The notes beneath the pieces were generated by a model. It worked only from the letters and a program-made list of their open reading frames with translations, had not been told where the DNA came from and searched no databases. A stretch of DNA of 63,147 nt, counting the filler, from Octopus bimaculoides (lineage: Eukaryota), in assembly GCF_001194135.2 (NCBI RefSeq). It is 5 parts of 4 records of this genome, joined end to end, with 100 filler letters (N's around TTAATTAATTAA, not from the genome) between each part and the next. Parts side by side here need not be neighbours in the genome. Positions count along the whole stretch, not along the records: positions 12,415 to 31,655 come from NC_068997.1; positions 31,756 to 45,834 come from NW_026438505.1; 3 more parts are not named here. One strand, written 5' to 3'. A program made the position numbers and the translations under genes. Position 1 is the stretch's first letter. Every line of letters begins with the position of its first letter. Shown here in pieces: positions 24,229 through 34,747 of this stretch.

Positions 24229-26229
24229 CTAAAAATAAAGTCATTAAAACATACAAAATACAAATTTGCATCTCAATAACAATTACAACAATAGCTTACA
24301 TGGGCACAAGAGCAAATGTTGGTAAGCTGGTGATGCACCAGTAATATCCTGATAATATTTACTTTCTAAGCAGCATATCTTCAGAGTCAATCCATCTTAT
24401 TAATAAGAATACCTACCACACAAAGTATTAAATATAACTTAGTTTTTTCTCTATGCCAATGCTACATGTTTGACCCTTTTCACCAAACATTTCCAGCCAT
24501 TGTGTCATGCATATCTGCAAGTGTGCCGCAAGTTTTTGAGTCAGTTCAAAATTGCACAAATATTTAGAAAACTTGTCTTTAAAGCTCCACACTGCACAAA
24601 TAGCCAACTCTGAAATGTCTGCATTAATTCCTGCTTTAAAGCTATTTTAATATTTGTTGTTGTTTTATATAACAAAACCTATAAAGACACTGAAGGTAAG
24701 GTGTGCTGTATTACATTTAAATTTTCATTCAATGAACCACTGAGAAGAAAAATTGAAAAATCACTCCATCGACTAAAACATCACTGACACTTCTGTCTGC
24801 ACCAACACTGCAGTCTGCACCAACACTGCAGTCAATGATAATTTAGTGAAATCACATATAGCGAGAAAATTAGCCAAATTACTACTAACGAGATAAATAT
24901 TAAGAGAGAAACAATAAATGAGCAGAGTTTACAAGTTTGTCTTTCTACAACAACACAAGTCAATAACTATGACTCTCCTAAAATGTTTGATAGTCTAAAG
25001 ATGGATCAGCAAAGACAGAGAATAGAAAATTCGACAAGCATCAAGCTTCCATATTCATAGATTAGATTGTGTAAAATGCTCATAAATTAAAGGAAAATTT
25101 AGAACTATACGGATATTCCATGTAAGGAACAGTTGTTTTACATCCTTTTATGGGTGGGATTATGAATTGTGTCTTTTTTGGGGGGTGGACCAACTGATCT
25201 TTCCTGTTGAGGGCCCTTGTTAGTGCTAACAATCAAGTTGAAGTGGAATCCATTTCATTTTGCAGATAAAATTTTGATTACGGTAAAATTGTAATAATGT
25301 GTGAACTTAAAAGTAAATGATGAGCAGGTAGTGAATTATCTTAACCTCATAGCTCTCATGTTATCTCACTTGTATGGATTTAAGGTGAATTAGCAAGAAT
25401 GGATTTAAGAAAGAAAAAAAAAAAAAAAAAAAAAGAAAGACAGCATTTCAAATGTAATGTTTTAAATCTAATGTTGGGAAAGTATCTGGGAGAAACAGTG
25501 AATTGTAGAATGGAAATCTGTTTTGCTCAGTAACTTCATAAAAAGTTTGTTACATCACAATATTAATATAACAAACCAATAATGAACATTGTAGGCAGTC
25601 ACTCAACCTGCAACAAATAGTAACCAAATTTCTCTCTAAAATGGAAGGACACATTGAACGAAGATGTTTTTGCCAGTATACAAAATGACAGGAGAGTTAC
25701 TCATGGTTGAAATACTTCTAACTAAAGGTCAGCTCAATCAGGGATGACCTCAGCCTAAACAAAAACAAGTTTCTTTTGACATTGGAACACTGGTAGAACT
25801 AAATGATTGAATAGCAGATAAAGTGTGGTACCTGACTGCCACACACCTCACCATAGATGAGTGAATCCTGCTACAAACTAAATAGGGACATAATAAGATT
25901 ATGAAGTAAACCAAGAAACTAATTAGTTAAAATTATATCCTTAATGATGATGAGAACAATCATTAACTAAATTACTAATTCTGATCAATGAAAGCAAAGG
26001 GGTAACTTCAAAATTTTAATTGATCTTAATTAAAAATGGAATGCAGCGAGGAGTAAGTGAAACCTGTGGCAGTGCTATCACAATTGGGGACATGTTTTGT
26101 TTTGATCTGATCAGACCTTATGAACAAATCAATCCTAGAATGACTTGAGAAAGTTATTTGTTGATGAATGTCTAACCAGAGATTATAAAATTTTTTTCTG
26201 AAAAGGAAACATAAGAAGGATCCACACAC

Positions 26230-26363
26230 CTGAGATTCTGGACGCATGTAGACCAGATAAAAGCGGAATATGTCAGCAGGTATTCCAGTATCTTTTGCAT
26301 TGTTACCAAACACACCAACGCCACGACTCTTGGAGAACTTTCCATCTTCATAATTAAGGTATT
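26230..26363 (-). CDS. MARS1: Methionyl-tRNA synthetase, visible exon 3 (KMSKS loop)
   Basis: Acceptor acttcag, donor gtgtgt; 134 nt; (E)[44 protein letters not shown]; KFSKS is the class I KMSKS signature. Confidence 0.97.
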
Positions 26364-27071
26364 CTGAAGTAAATCATTGAACAATGATGAAACAATTAAT
26401 AATACGTAATTAATGATCAGTGAGTCGTTAATCTTGTCACAATGAACATGGTTTCAGGAAAGATGCCTCTAAGCTCGATTCATTTTAGTTAAAACAACAT
26501 CCTAACCCTAGTCAACCGCTCAGCCAGCAAAAGACAACACATACCCAGCAGTCTAAAAAAAAAAAATAGAAAGATATACTAAAAGACAAGATGGTCACAG
26601 TTGGAACACCTTAGATCAAAACTCTATCCAATAAAAGTTGACTTAAGGCTACACAACAATAGCATTCTGTCTGCTGATGTGTGCCACTGCTATCCACTTA
26701 TTAATAAAATTCTGCAGTCTCTATGGTTGAAATCTATCAAAATCTAGAGATTGAGATTTGCAATTTATTAAGACAACGTAGAAAGATGCAAATGGGTATA
26801 CTGGGCTTTGTATATTAGTACCCCAGTGTCACTTTGATGGCATGCATTGCTCTCTTACACAATAATAATAATTCTTTCTACTATAGGCATGAAGCCAGCA
26901 ATTTTGAGTGGGGGTGGGGCAGTCAATTACATCTACCCCTGCCCTAAAAGGGGGGGGGGGGGTATAAACAAACAAATATAAACAGGAATTAAAACTAAAT
27001 TAGTCTTGGTTTGCTTGAAGCTTATTTTCTCTTTGGAACACAAGAATAATGAAACGAAACTTGTCACTCAC

Positions 27072-27189
27072 CTGTAGCAATGACACTGTCAACCAGAGTA
27101 TAATTTGGGTCGGCACCCAGCAATGTAGCAGGAAAGATAACACTATGAAAGGGTACATTGTCTTTACCTAAGAAATTATACATTTGTAC
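27072..27189 (-). CDS. MARS1: Methionyl-tRNA synthetase, visible exon 2
   Basis: Acceptor gtaacag, donor gtgagt; 118 nt; [39 protein letters not shown](E), containing the GKDNxxFH motif of MetRS. Confidence 0.96.
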
Positions 27190-27534
27190 CTGTTACAAAG
27201 AGAGAGGAAAAAAAAAGAAAAGAAAAAAAAAGAAATAGAATTTCAATTTACGTTCAACAACATTCTTTTTTACACATAATATATAAACTAACATCCACAC
27301 AAAATGATGGTTTATCATTTAACAGCTGTGCAGTCCATGCTGGCATGGACTGGACAGCGTGAGAGGATCTTTCAGCTGCAGGACTGCATAAAGTTCCAAT
27401 GTTAGCTTTAGCAGAGTTTCTATAACTGGATGCCTTTCTTAATACCAATCACGTTATTGTGTGTAAAGTGGTGGACTTTTTCATGATAGCAGCACTAGTG
27501 AGAAGGTGACAAAAGAAGAGGGAGAAAAAAAAAA

Positions 27535-28975
27535 GGAACCCAACTAATTAAGGAGAGAGCCTAGATGAGATGCAGTTTGGTTTTGTTTCAAGGAGAAGCA
27601 CCACTGATGCTATATTTCTGGTAAGATAGCTACAGGATAAATACATAACCAAAGACAAACCTCTGTACTCGGCTTTTGTTGACTTAGAGAAAGCCTTTGA
27701 CAAGGTCCCCCAATCCCTTATCTGGTGGTCAATGTGGAAACTAGGGATAGACCAGTGATTGGTGAGAGCTGTATAAAGCCTTGTACAGAGATGCTGTCAG
27801 TAAGGTAAGGGTTGGCAACAAGCACAGCAAAGAATTCAGGGTACAACTAGGGGTTCACTAAGGATCAATCCTCAACCCTCTCTTGTTCATTATAGTCCTC
27901 CAGGCAATAACAGAGGAATTTAAGACAGTCTGTTCTTGGGAGCTCCTCTATGCAGATAACCTTGCTCTTATAGCTGAATCACTACCAGAACTACAGAAGA
28001 GGTTCCAGGTAGGGAAACAAGGTCTAGAATCAAAGGGCCTTAGACTTAACCTAGCAAAAACCAGTCTTAGTAAGTAGGAAGTGGACAAATCACAAATCCT
28101 TTCTGGTAGATGTACGTGCTCGATCTGTAGAAAAGGCATAGGTAGAAGCTCAATAAGACGCACCCAGTGTAAGCTTTGGACACATAAAAGTTTCAGTAAT
28201 ATCAGAGGAAGGCTAACACAGAGAATAGCTTTTGTATGTGGAAGCTGCACAGGTACAATAAACACTGAAAATGTGCAGAAAATAGACTCCAGCAACTGAC
28301 AGCTGTGTAAAGAAGTGCTAATCTCAAATTGTGGAGGGAACCTGTGGTAAAGGTAGACCTAGGGAGATATGGGATGAGGTGGTGAAGCATGATCTTTGAA
28401 TTTTGAGCCTCACAGAGGCAATGACTTGTAACCGAGACCTTTGGCAAGATGCTGTGTTTCAGAAGATCCATCAAGCCAAGTGAAATCCTAGTTGTAACTG
28501 ATTCTTGTGTCATGTAACTGGCACGTAAAGAGCACTTTTCAAGCATTGGGCCTCATGGAGGCAAAGTGGTTGTTTTCTTTTCAAGTATTGGGCCTCACGG
28601 AGGCGAGTTCCTTTTGAGCAGAGGGGCTCACGAAGGCAAAGTGACTGGGTTCCTTTCGCGTGTTGGGCCTCTCAGACGCAATGACCGAGACCTTTGGCAT
28701 TATGCTGTGCTTGAGAAGAAGACCCATTGAGACAAGTAAAACTGCAGTCGTGGCAGATACTGGTGTCATGCAAATAGCACCCGTGCCGGTGGCACGTAAG
28801 AGCACCCATTACACTCTTGGAGTGGTTGGCGGTAGGTAGGGCATCCAACCATAGAAAACCATGCCAAATCAGACTGGAGTCTGGTGCAACTCCCCAGCTT
28901 GCCAGCCCTGGTCAAACTGTCCAACCCAGGCCAGCATGCGGATGTTAAATTATGATGATGATCATCATGATTATT
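27535..28975 (+). mobile_element. RTE-clade LINE fragment (RT domain plus repeated 3' UTR and (ATG/ATT)n tail) in a MARS1 intron
   Basis: Decayed RT motifs STTDAIFLVR, FVDLEKAFDKVP, GVHxGSILNPLLF, ELLYADNLALIA, GLRLNLAKT; ends in gatgatgat/attattatt microsatellite. Confidence 0.88.
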
Positions 28976-29004
28976 ATTATTATTATTAGTTAGTCAGTAC
29001 ACAC

Positions 29005-29100
29005 CTGAGATGAATTTTTCCACCACTGTTCCCATTTCTCAGTATAATTAGCTGTGATGGAGATGTAGCCAATTGGAGCATCAAACCATACATAAAAGAC
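29005..29100 (-). CDS. MARS1: Methionyl-tRNA synthetase, exon 1 of 10 visible (catalytic domain; upstream exons not found in window)
   Basis: Acceptor ttttgaccag, donor gtgtgt; 96 nt, phase 0-0; translates [32 protein letters not shown], containing the MetRS YVWxDAPIGY motif. Confidence 0.96.
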
Positions 29101-30252
29101 CTGGTCAAAAGAAAGAAAAAAACATTGGTCATTTTAGTCAGTCCGATAAGAGCAAAATGTGTTTTGTCAGCTGGAAAATTAACTGGAATGTTAAACCTGA
29201 AAAAAGTTTGGGTCTAGTTTGTACTACGCATGTAGTAAATATGCTGCTCTTCAGTTAATTAAGGTGTCAAATACTTTTAGGTACATCAAGTGCCATATGG
29301 TCCTGTGTTAATAATATTTTAGCCTCATGGTCAAAAGATAGGAAAAAAAATGAGAAAAAGACAAAATTGTATATCTCATAGAAGAGAAGCTGATATGCCT
29401 CGACCATCTTGTCTTTCACTGGTGTGCTCATCCTTAGAATCTACAGGCATACATCAAGCTAAAGACATTAAATTATGTTGTCCAAGGTACACTATGTGTG
29501 AAAAAAATATTGGGATGGTGATGGATGGAATGTCTCAGATCACAGATTTTTTCAATTAGATTATGTGGGCTAAACAACTACAACAGGTAAGTGAGTGGGG
29601 AGGGGTAGAAGGAGAAGAGACAGTGTGTTCGTAGTGTTAAAACTGCAGTTCAGATAATCTAAACAGTGGTGCAGTCGAGCTATGATATATTTGGAAGAAA
29701 TCTTTGGGTTATTTGGCTGGCTATTTGCACGCTAAAAGAGTGTTCAATCAGAGCTGACGTGAAGCAAACCTCTTTCTTTCTCCAACTTCATTTTGTCTGT
29801 TGTTTCCACTTCCGTACATGTCTAACTCTTCCCTCTAGACAGCATTCCCTCTTCTTTCACCAGCTTTTCTACCACCTATTTCTCCCTCTCTATCTGACGT
29901 TACACAACAATGATCTCAGGTTACAGCTCAGAAACAATATAATGAGTGGGGGGNNNNNNNNNNNNNNNNNNNNNNNNNNNNNNNNNNNNNNNNNNNNNNN
30001 NNNNNNNNNNNNNNNNNNNNNNNNNNNNNNNNNNNNNNNNNNNNNNNNNNNNNNNNNNNNNNNNNNNNNNNNNNNNNNNNNCTCTCTATTTCCTTAAAAA
30101 TTCAGAAACAGAAGAGGTAAATGTCAGAATCATTTCTATGATTAGCTTCTTATGCCAGTAAAGAAGATGATCATATTTAGCACAGCAACAGAATAAGATC
30201 TGAGATTAAAACCCCCAGAAACTACATTGTTTAACTTAGGAACATTAAAGTA

Positions 30253-31378
30253 CAGGGGTTGGACAAAATAATGGAAACACAAAGCATCATAATTTTGAAA
30301 TATCTCTAAAACTGTCAAAAGCTTGTTTATTTTTTATGTTTTTTGATTTATCATTAGTGTTCCTTAATATGTTTTGCTAAAATTGTTGTTTCTTTCCAGA
30401 TATCCTCAGAAAAAGGTAATTCAAATTCATTAAAATGACAGATCTATCAGACTTTCAAAGAGGTCAAATTGTTGGTGCTCGTATGGCAGGTGCTAGCATA
30501 ATGAAAGCAGCTGAAATGTTTGGTGTATCAAGAAGTACTGTCTCGAAAGTAATGACAGCCTTTGAGAAAGAGGGAAAAACCTCCTCTTGAAACAAAACTC
30601 TGGAAGAAAACCAAAACTTTCAGATAGGGACTGTCAGACTTTTACGTGAATTGTTAGAAAGGATCGAGAACCCAGTTTCCACAAAAACTGTTTGCTGGGA
30701 GCTGCAATCAGAAAACCACTACTTTCAAAAATAAACATTGCAAAGTATTTAGAGTGGAGTAAAAGCCTACAAAATTGGTTCCTAGAGCAGTGGAAGAATG
30801 TTATTTTGTTGGACAAGTCATCCTTTACCTTATTTCCGACCACCGGCCGAGTATACATGTAGAGACAGGCAAAAGAAGCATTTGACCCAGACTGCCATCT
30901 TCCAACTGTTAAGCGTAGAGGAGGATCTGTGATGATCAAGACTATTTAAGCATTTTATCTGATCAAATTCATCCTATGGTTGTGAAACTGTTTCTAGAGG
31001 GAAACACAATCTTTCAGGATGATAATGCACCAATTCACACATTTAAAGTTGTTACTGAATGGCACAAGGAACATTCTAATGAAGTTGAACATCTTATCTG
31101 GCTACCACAGTCCCTGGATCTCAATATTATTGAACATTTATGGTGCATTTTAGAAAACCAAGTAAGGAGTCGACATCCTCCACCATCATCACTACAAGAA
31201 CTGGAGACTGTTTTAGATGAAGAATGGACAAAAATTGCTTTGGAAACAATTCAAACTTTGTACGAGTCCATAACTCATAGAATTCAAGCTATAATTACTG
31301 CCAAAGTCAGTCCTACCTCATATTAAAATACATTTGTTTGAAATTATAAGGGCTTTCCATTATTTTGTCCAACCCCTG
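30253..31378 (+). mobile_element. Tc1/mariner DNA transposon, DD36E type, internally deleted, both TIRs intact
   Basis: Perfect 25-bp TIRs CAGGGGTTGGACAAAATAATGGAAA and TA flanks (30251-52, 31379-80). Decayed transposase from ATG 30435 (MTDLSDFQRGQIVGAR...GVSRSTVSKV) to FQDDNAPIH...WLPQSLDLNIIEHLW; has stops, frameshifts and two deletions. Confidence 0.95.
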
Positions 31379-31437
31379 TAAGTTAAGACAATGTAGAATA
31401 CTTCAGCAAGTGACAAGGCTGTGACAACATCATCATC

Positions 31438-31655
31438 ATCATCATCATCGTTTAACGTCCGCTTTCCATGCTAGCATGGGTTGGACGATTTGACTGAGGA
31501 CTGGTGAAACCGGATGGCAACACCAGGCTCCAGTCTGATTTGGCAGAGTTTCTACAGCTGGATGCCCTTCCTAACGCCAACCACTCAGAGAGTGTAGTGG
31601 GTGCTTTTACGTGTCACCCGCACGAAAACGGCCACGCTCGAAATGGTGTCTTTTA
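31438..31655 (-). mobile_element. Young RTE-tail element (second copy at 15860-15965)
   Basis: (CAT)n tail then tttaacgtccgctttccatgctagcatggg...; 92/92 identical to 15860-15951. Older copies at about 21410-21540, 21670-21990 and 27310-27450. Confidence 0.8.
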
Positions 31656-31755
31656 NNNNNNNNNNNNNNNNNNNNNNNNNNNNNNNNNNNNNNNNNNNNT
31701 TAATTAATTAANNNNNNNNNNNNNNNNNNNNNNNNNNNNNNNNNNNNNNNNNNNN
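31656..31755. other. Artificial scaffold-join linker
   Basis: Identical 100-bp cassette. Confidence 0.95.
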
Positions 31756-32034
31756 TATATTATATTCCGTTAAGAACGTAGTAGAGTACAAAATAGAGCT
31801 CTTTCACCCTTAGAATTACCAGATACCCGGTAGCATTACAGTATGCTTCCAAGTCTAGGTTTAGGCATTCATTGTGTGTGAAAATAAAATTGAATAAAAT
31901 AATCAACAAGAAAGAGTACGGTTAGACATCGATTTAATAGGCACTACGCATGTTTCGATACAACATAAATCTACACAGTTGGATGTGTTAGCATCGAAGT
32001 CAAAGGTTTACTAACGGGGACTACAATTGTATAT

Positions 32035-32133
32035 CACCTGAGGAGATACAACTGGATCACATGTTTAAAGGTAAAGCGTTAATTTAAATCCTGTGTATAT
32101 ACAGATCTATGTTGTATCGAAACATGTGTAATG
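32035..32133 (+). ncRNA. Minimal type I hammerhead ribozyme-like motif with extended helix II
   Basis: CAC-CTGAGGA(32038-44)-GATACAAC...GTTGTATC (8-bp helix II)-GAAA(32119-22)-CATGT-GTA(32128-30)-ATG; helix I is weak. Confidence 0.65.
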
Positions 32134-32199
32134 TTTATTAAATATCTGTCTGACAGTACTATTTCTTATTGACTCTATTTTTTTAAATCGGAGTACCAG

Positions 32200-32233
<34 letters not shown>

Positions 32234-32249
32234 GTGTGTGTGTGTGCGT

Positions 32250-32950
32250 ACGTGCGTATGATGCATCTTTCCAAGTGCATATTACCAATTTGGCAATAAA
32301 ATACAGACGGCTCTCTGGATGGATCCTCTGAACTTTCAAAACAAGAGAAAAGGAGACATTTGTGATCATTTGGAGGACATACGTTTTCAGCCGCTTGGAC
32401 TTCTGCTCCCAACTATGGTCACCACACAATATAAAATCTACGGCGGAACTGGAAGCAATCCAACGAAACTACAGCAAGAAAATCGTCTCGATGCAACGTA
32501 TCAGCTACTGGGAAAGACTGGAAGAATTAAAACTCTTCTCCGTGGGGTGAAGGCAGGAAAGATATGCAGTGATGTGCATCTGGAAAATCCTAGAAGACCT
32601 TGTACAAAACTTTGGGATTGAAAGTTACACAAACGGCAGAACGAGGGGCCACTGCATAGTGCCAAAGATCCCAGCATCGCCATCAAAATGCAGGACCAGA
32701 TACTACAACAGCTCGGGATTCAAGGGCCCACAGCTCTTTAATTTCCTTCCAAAATGCCTTTGAGACTTGCATGGTGTGGATGTAACTGTCTTTAAAACAA
32801 AACTGGATCTCTTCCTGTCAAGGGTTCCAGACGAGGCTACCTCACGGCAGGAAACACAGATGAGGGCAGTAGCATCAAACTCCCTCATTGACCAAATGCT
32901 ACATATTAGAGAAGATTCCAAATAAGGTGTAGCTCAGTCAACGGTGGTGC
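32250..32950 (+). mobile_element. CR1-like LINE 3' end (post-RT region)
   Basis: RLDFCSQLWSPH, LEAIQR, SYWERLEELKLFS, GPQLFNFLP, FKTKLDLFL motifs; interrupted by stops. Confidence 0.85.
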
Positions 32951-33814
32951 TCCAGCATGACCGCAGCTTTGAAGCTGAAACATTTAAANNNNNNNNNNNN
33001 NNNNNNNNNNNNNNNNNNNNNNNNNNNNNNNNNNNNNNNNNNNNNNNNNNNNNNNNNNNNNNNNNNNNNNNNNNNNNNNNNNNNNNNNNNNNNNNNNNNN
33101 NNNNNNNNNNNNNNNNNNNNNNNNNNNNNNNNNNNNNNNNNNNNNNNNNNNNNNNNNNNNNNNNNNNNNNNNNNNNNNNNNNNNNNNNNNNNNNNNNNNN
33201 NNNNNNNNNNNNNNNNNNNNNNNNNNNNNNNNNNNNNNNNNNNNNNNNNNNNNNNNNNNNNNNNNNNNNNNNNNNNNNNNNNNNNNNNNNNNNNNNNNNN
33301 NNNNNNNNNNNNNNNNNNNNNNNNNNNNNNNNNNNNNNNNNNNNNNNNNNNNNNNNNNNNNNNNNNNNNNNNNNNNNNNNNNNNNNNNNNNNNNNNNNNN
33401 NNNNNNNNNNNNNNNNNNNNNNNNNNNNNNNNNNNNNNNNNNNNNNNNNNNNNNNNNNNNNNNNNNNNNNNNNNNNNNNNNNNNNNNNNNNNNNNNNNNN
33501 NNNNNNNNNNNNNNNNNNNNNNNNNNNNNNNNNNNNNNNNNNNNNNNNNNNNNNNNNNNNNNNNNNNNNNNNNNNNNNNNNNNNNNNNNNNNNNNNNNNN
33601 NNNNNNNNNNNNNNNNNNNNNNNNNNNNNNNNNNNNNNNNNNNNNNNNNNNNNNNNNNNNNNNNNNNNNNNNNNNNNNNNNNNNNNNNNNNNNNNNNNNN
33701 NNNNNNNNNNNNNNNNNNNNNNNNNNNNNNNNNNNNNNNNNNNNNNNNNNNNNNNNNNNNNNNNNNNNNNNNNNNNNTGTGTGTGTGTGTGTGTGTGTGT
33801 GTTTGTGTGTGTGT

Positions 33815-34130
33815 GGAGGTGCGTAGCTTAGTGGTTACGGTATTCGGCTGACGATCATAAGGTCGTGAGTTCAATTCCCAGCGACGCGTTGTGTCCTTCA
33901 GTAAGACACTTTATTGCTCCAGTCCACTCATCGGGCAAAAATGAGTGGTACCTATATCGCAAAAGGGTCACCCTTGTCACATTCTGTGTCACGCTGAATC
34001 TCCTTGGGAATTACGTTAGGGGTACACGTGTCTGTGGATTGCTCAGTCACTTGCACGCTAATTCACGAACAAGCTGTTCCGTTGATCGTACCAACTGGAA
34101 CCCTCGTCGTCGTAACCGACGGAGTGCCAG
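33815..34130 (+). mobile_element. tRNA-derived SINE
   Basis: A box TAGCTTAGTGG and B box GTTCAATTCC followed by a non-tRNA body; related copies at about 17007-17300, 22400-22650 (minus) and 23530-23695. Confidence 0.8.
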
Positions 34131-34673
34131 TTATATGTGTGTGTGTGTGTATGTGTGTGTATCTTTGTATATGTACCATTTTCACTCGTGTATAAATCGC
34201 GCTGGTGTATAAGTCGTACCTCCAGTATTCAGTTCTAAGAGTATACACGAATAAACACGGCAGTATGTATTCAGAAAATTCAACGAGATATAAGCAGTTA
34301 TTTGTTAAAAACATTATAAACTCCAAAGAACAGATTTTTTATTTCATTTTCCTTTCTTTTCTTACTTTTTTCTTTCTTTCTTTCCTCCTGCAAGTTCTGA
34401 ACCCGTCAGTAAGATGAGAAACATGAAACGTTTTAGAGAACCAAAATGTCTTTCATCTTTTATCGTTCTTTCATCTTTTCCTTCTTCTCAGTCAGACCGC
34501 GACCATTCTGGAGTACCATTTTGAAGGGCTTTAAACAAACAAATCGACTCACTCACTGTAACCAATTTTTGTAGAAGCCTTGTACTTATTCTGTCGATTC
34601 TTTCTTGTCGAATTGCTAAGTTTCAGGAACGTCAGCGAATCAACACCAGTTGTTAAGCGGTGAGGAGGGGAAT

Positions 34674-34708
<35 letters not shown>

Positions 34709-34713
34709 CACAT

Positions 34714-34747
<34 letters not shown>

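Noticed and set aside
24795-24830. 18-bp tandem duplication gtctgcaccaacactgca x2
   Set aside because: Real but an ordinary intronic slippage event.
25944-25984. ATGATGA...CTGA as a C/D box snoRNA
   Set aside because: Only 41 nt, no terminal stem, and antisense to the MARS1 host transcript.
26905-26965. G-rich tract (ggggtgggg...G12) as a G-quadruplex element
   Set aside because: Part of a decayed SINE tail plus a homopolymer; nothing suggests function.
33815-33890. tRNA gene
   Set aside because: A and B boxes are present, but there is no acceptor stem and it continues into a repeated body; it is a SINE head. The same applies at 17007 and 63040.
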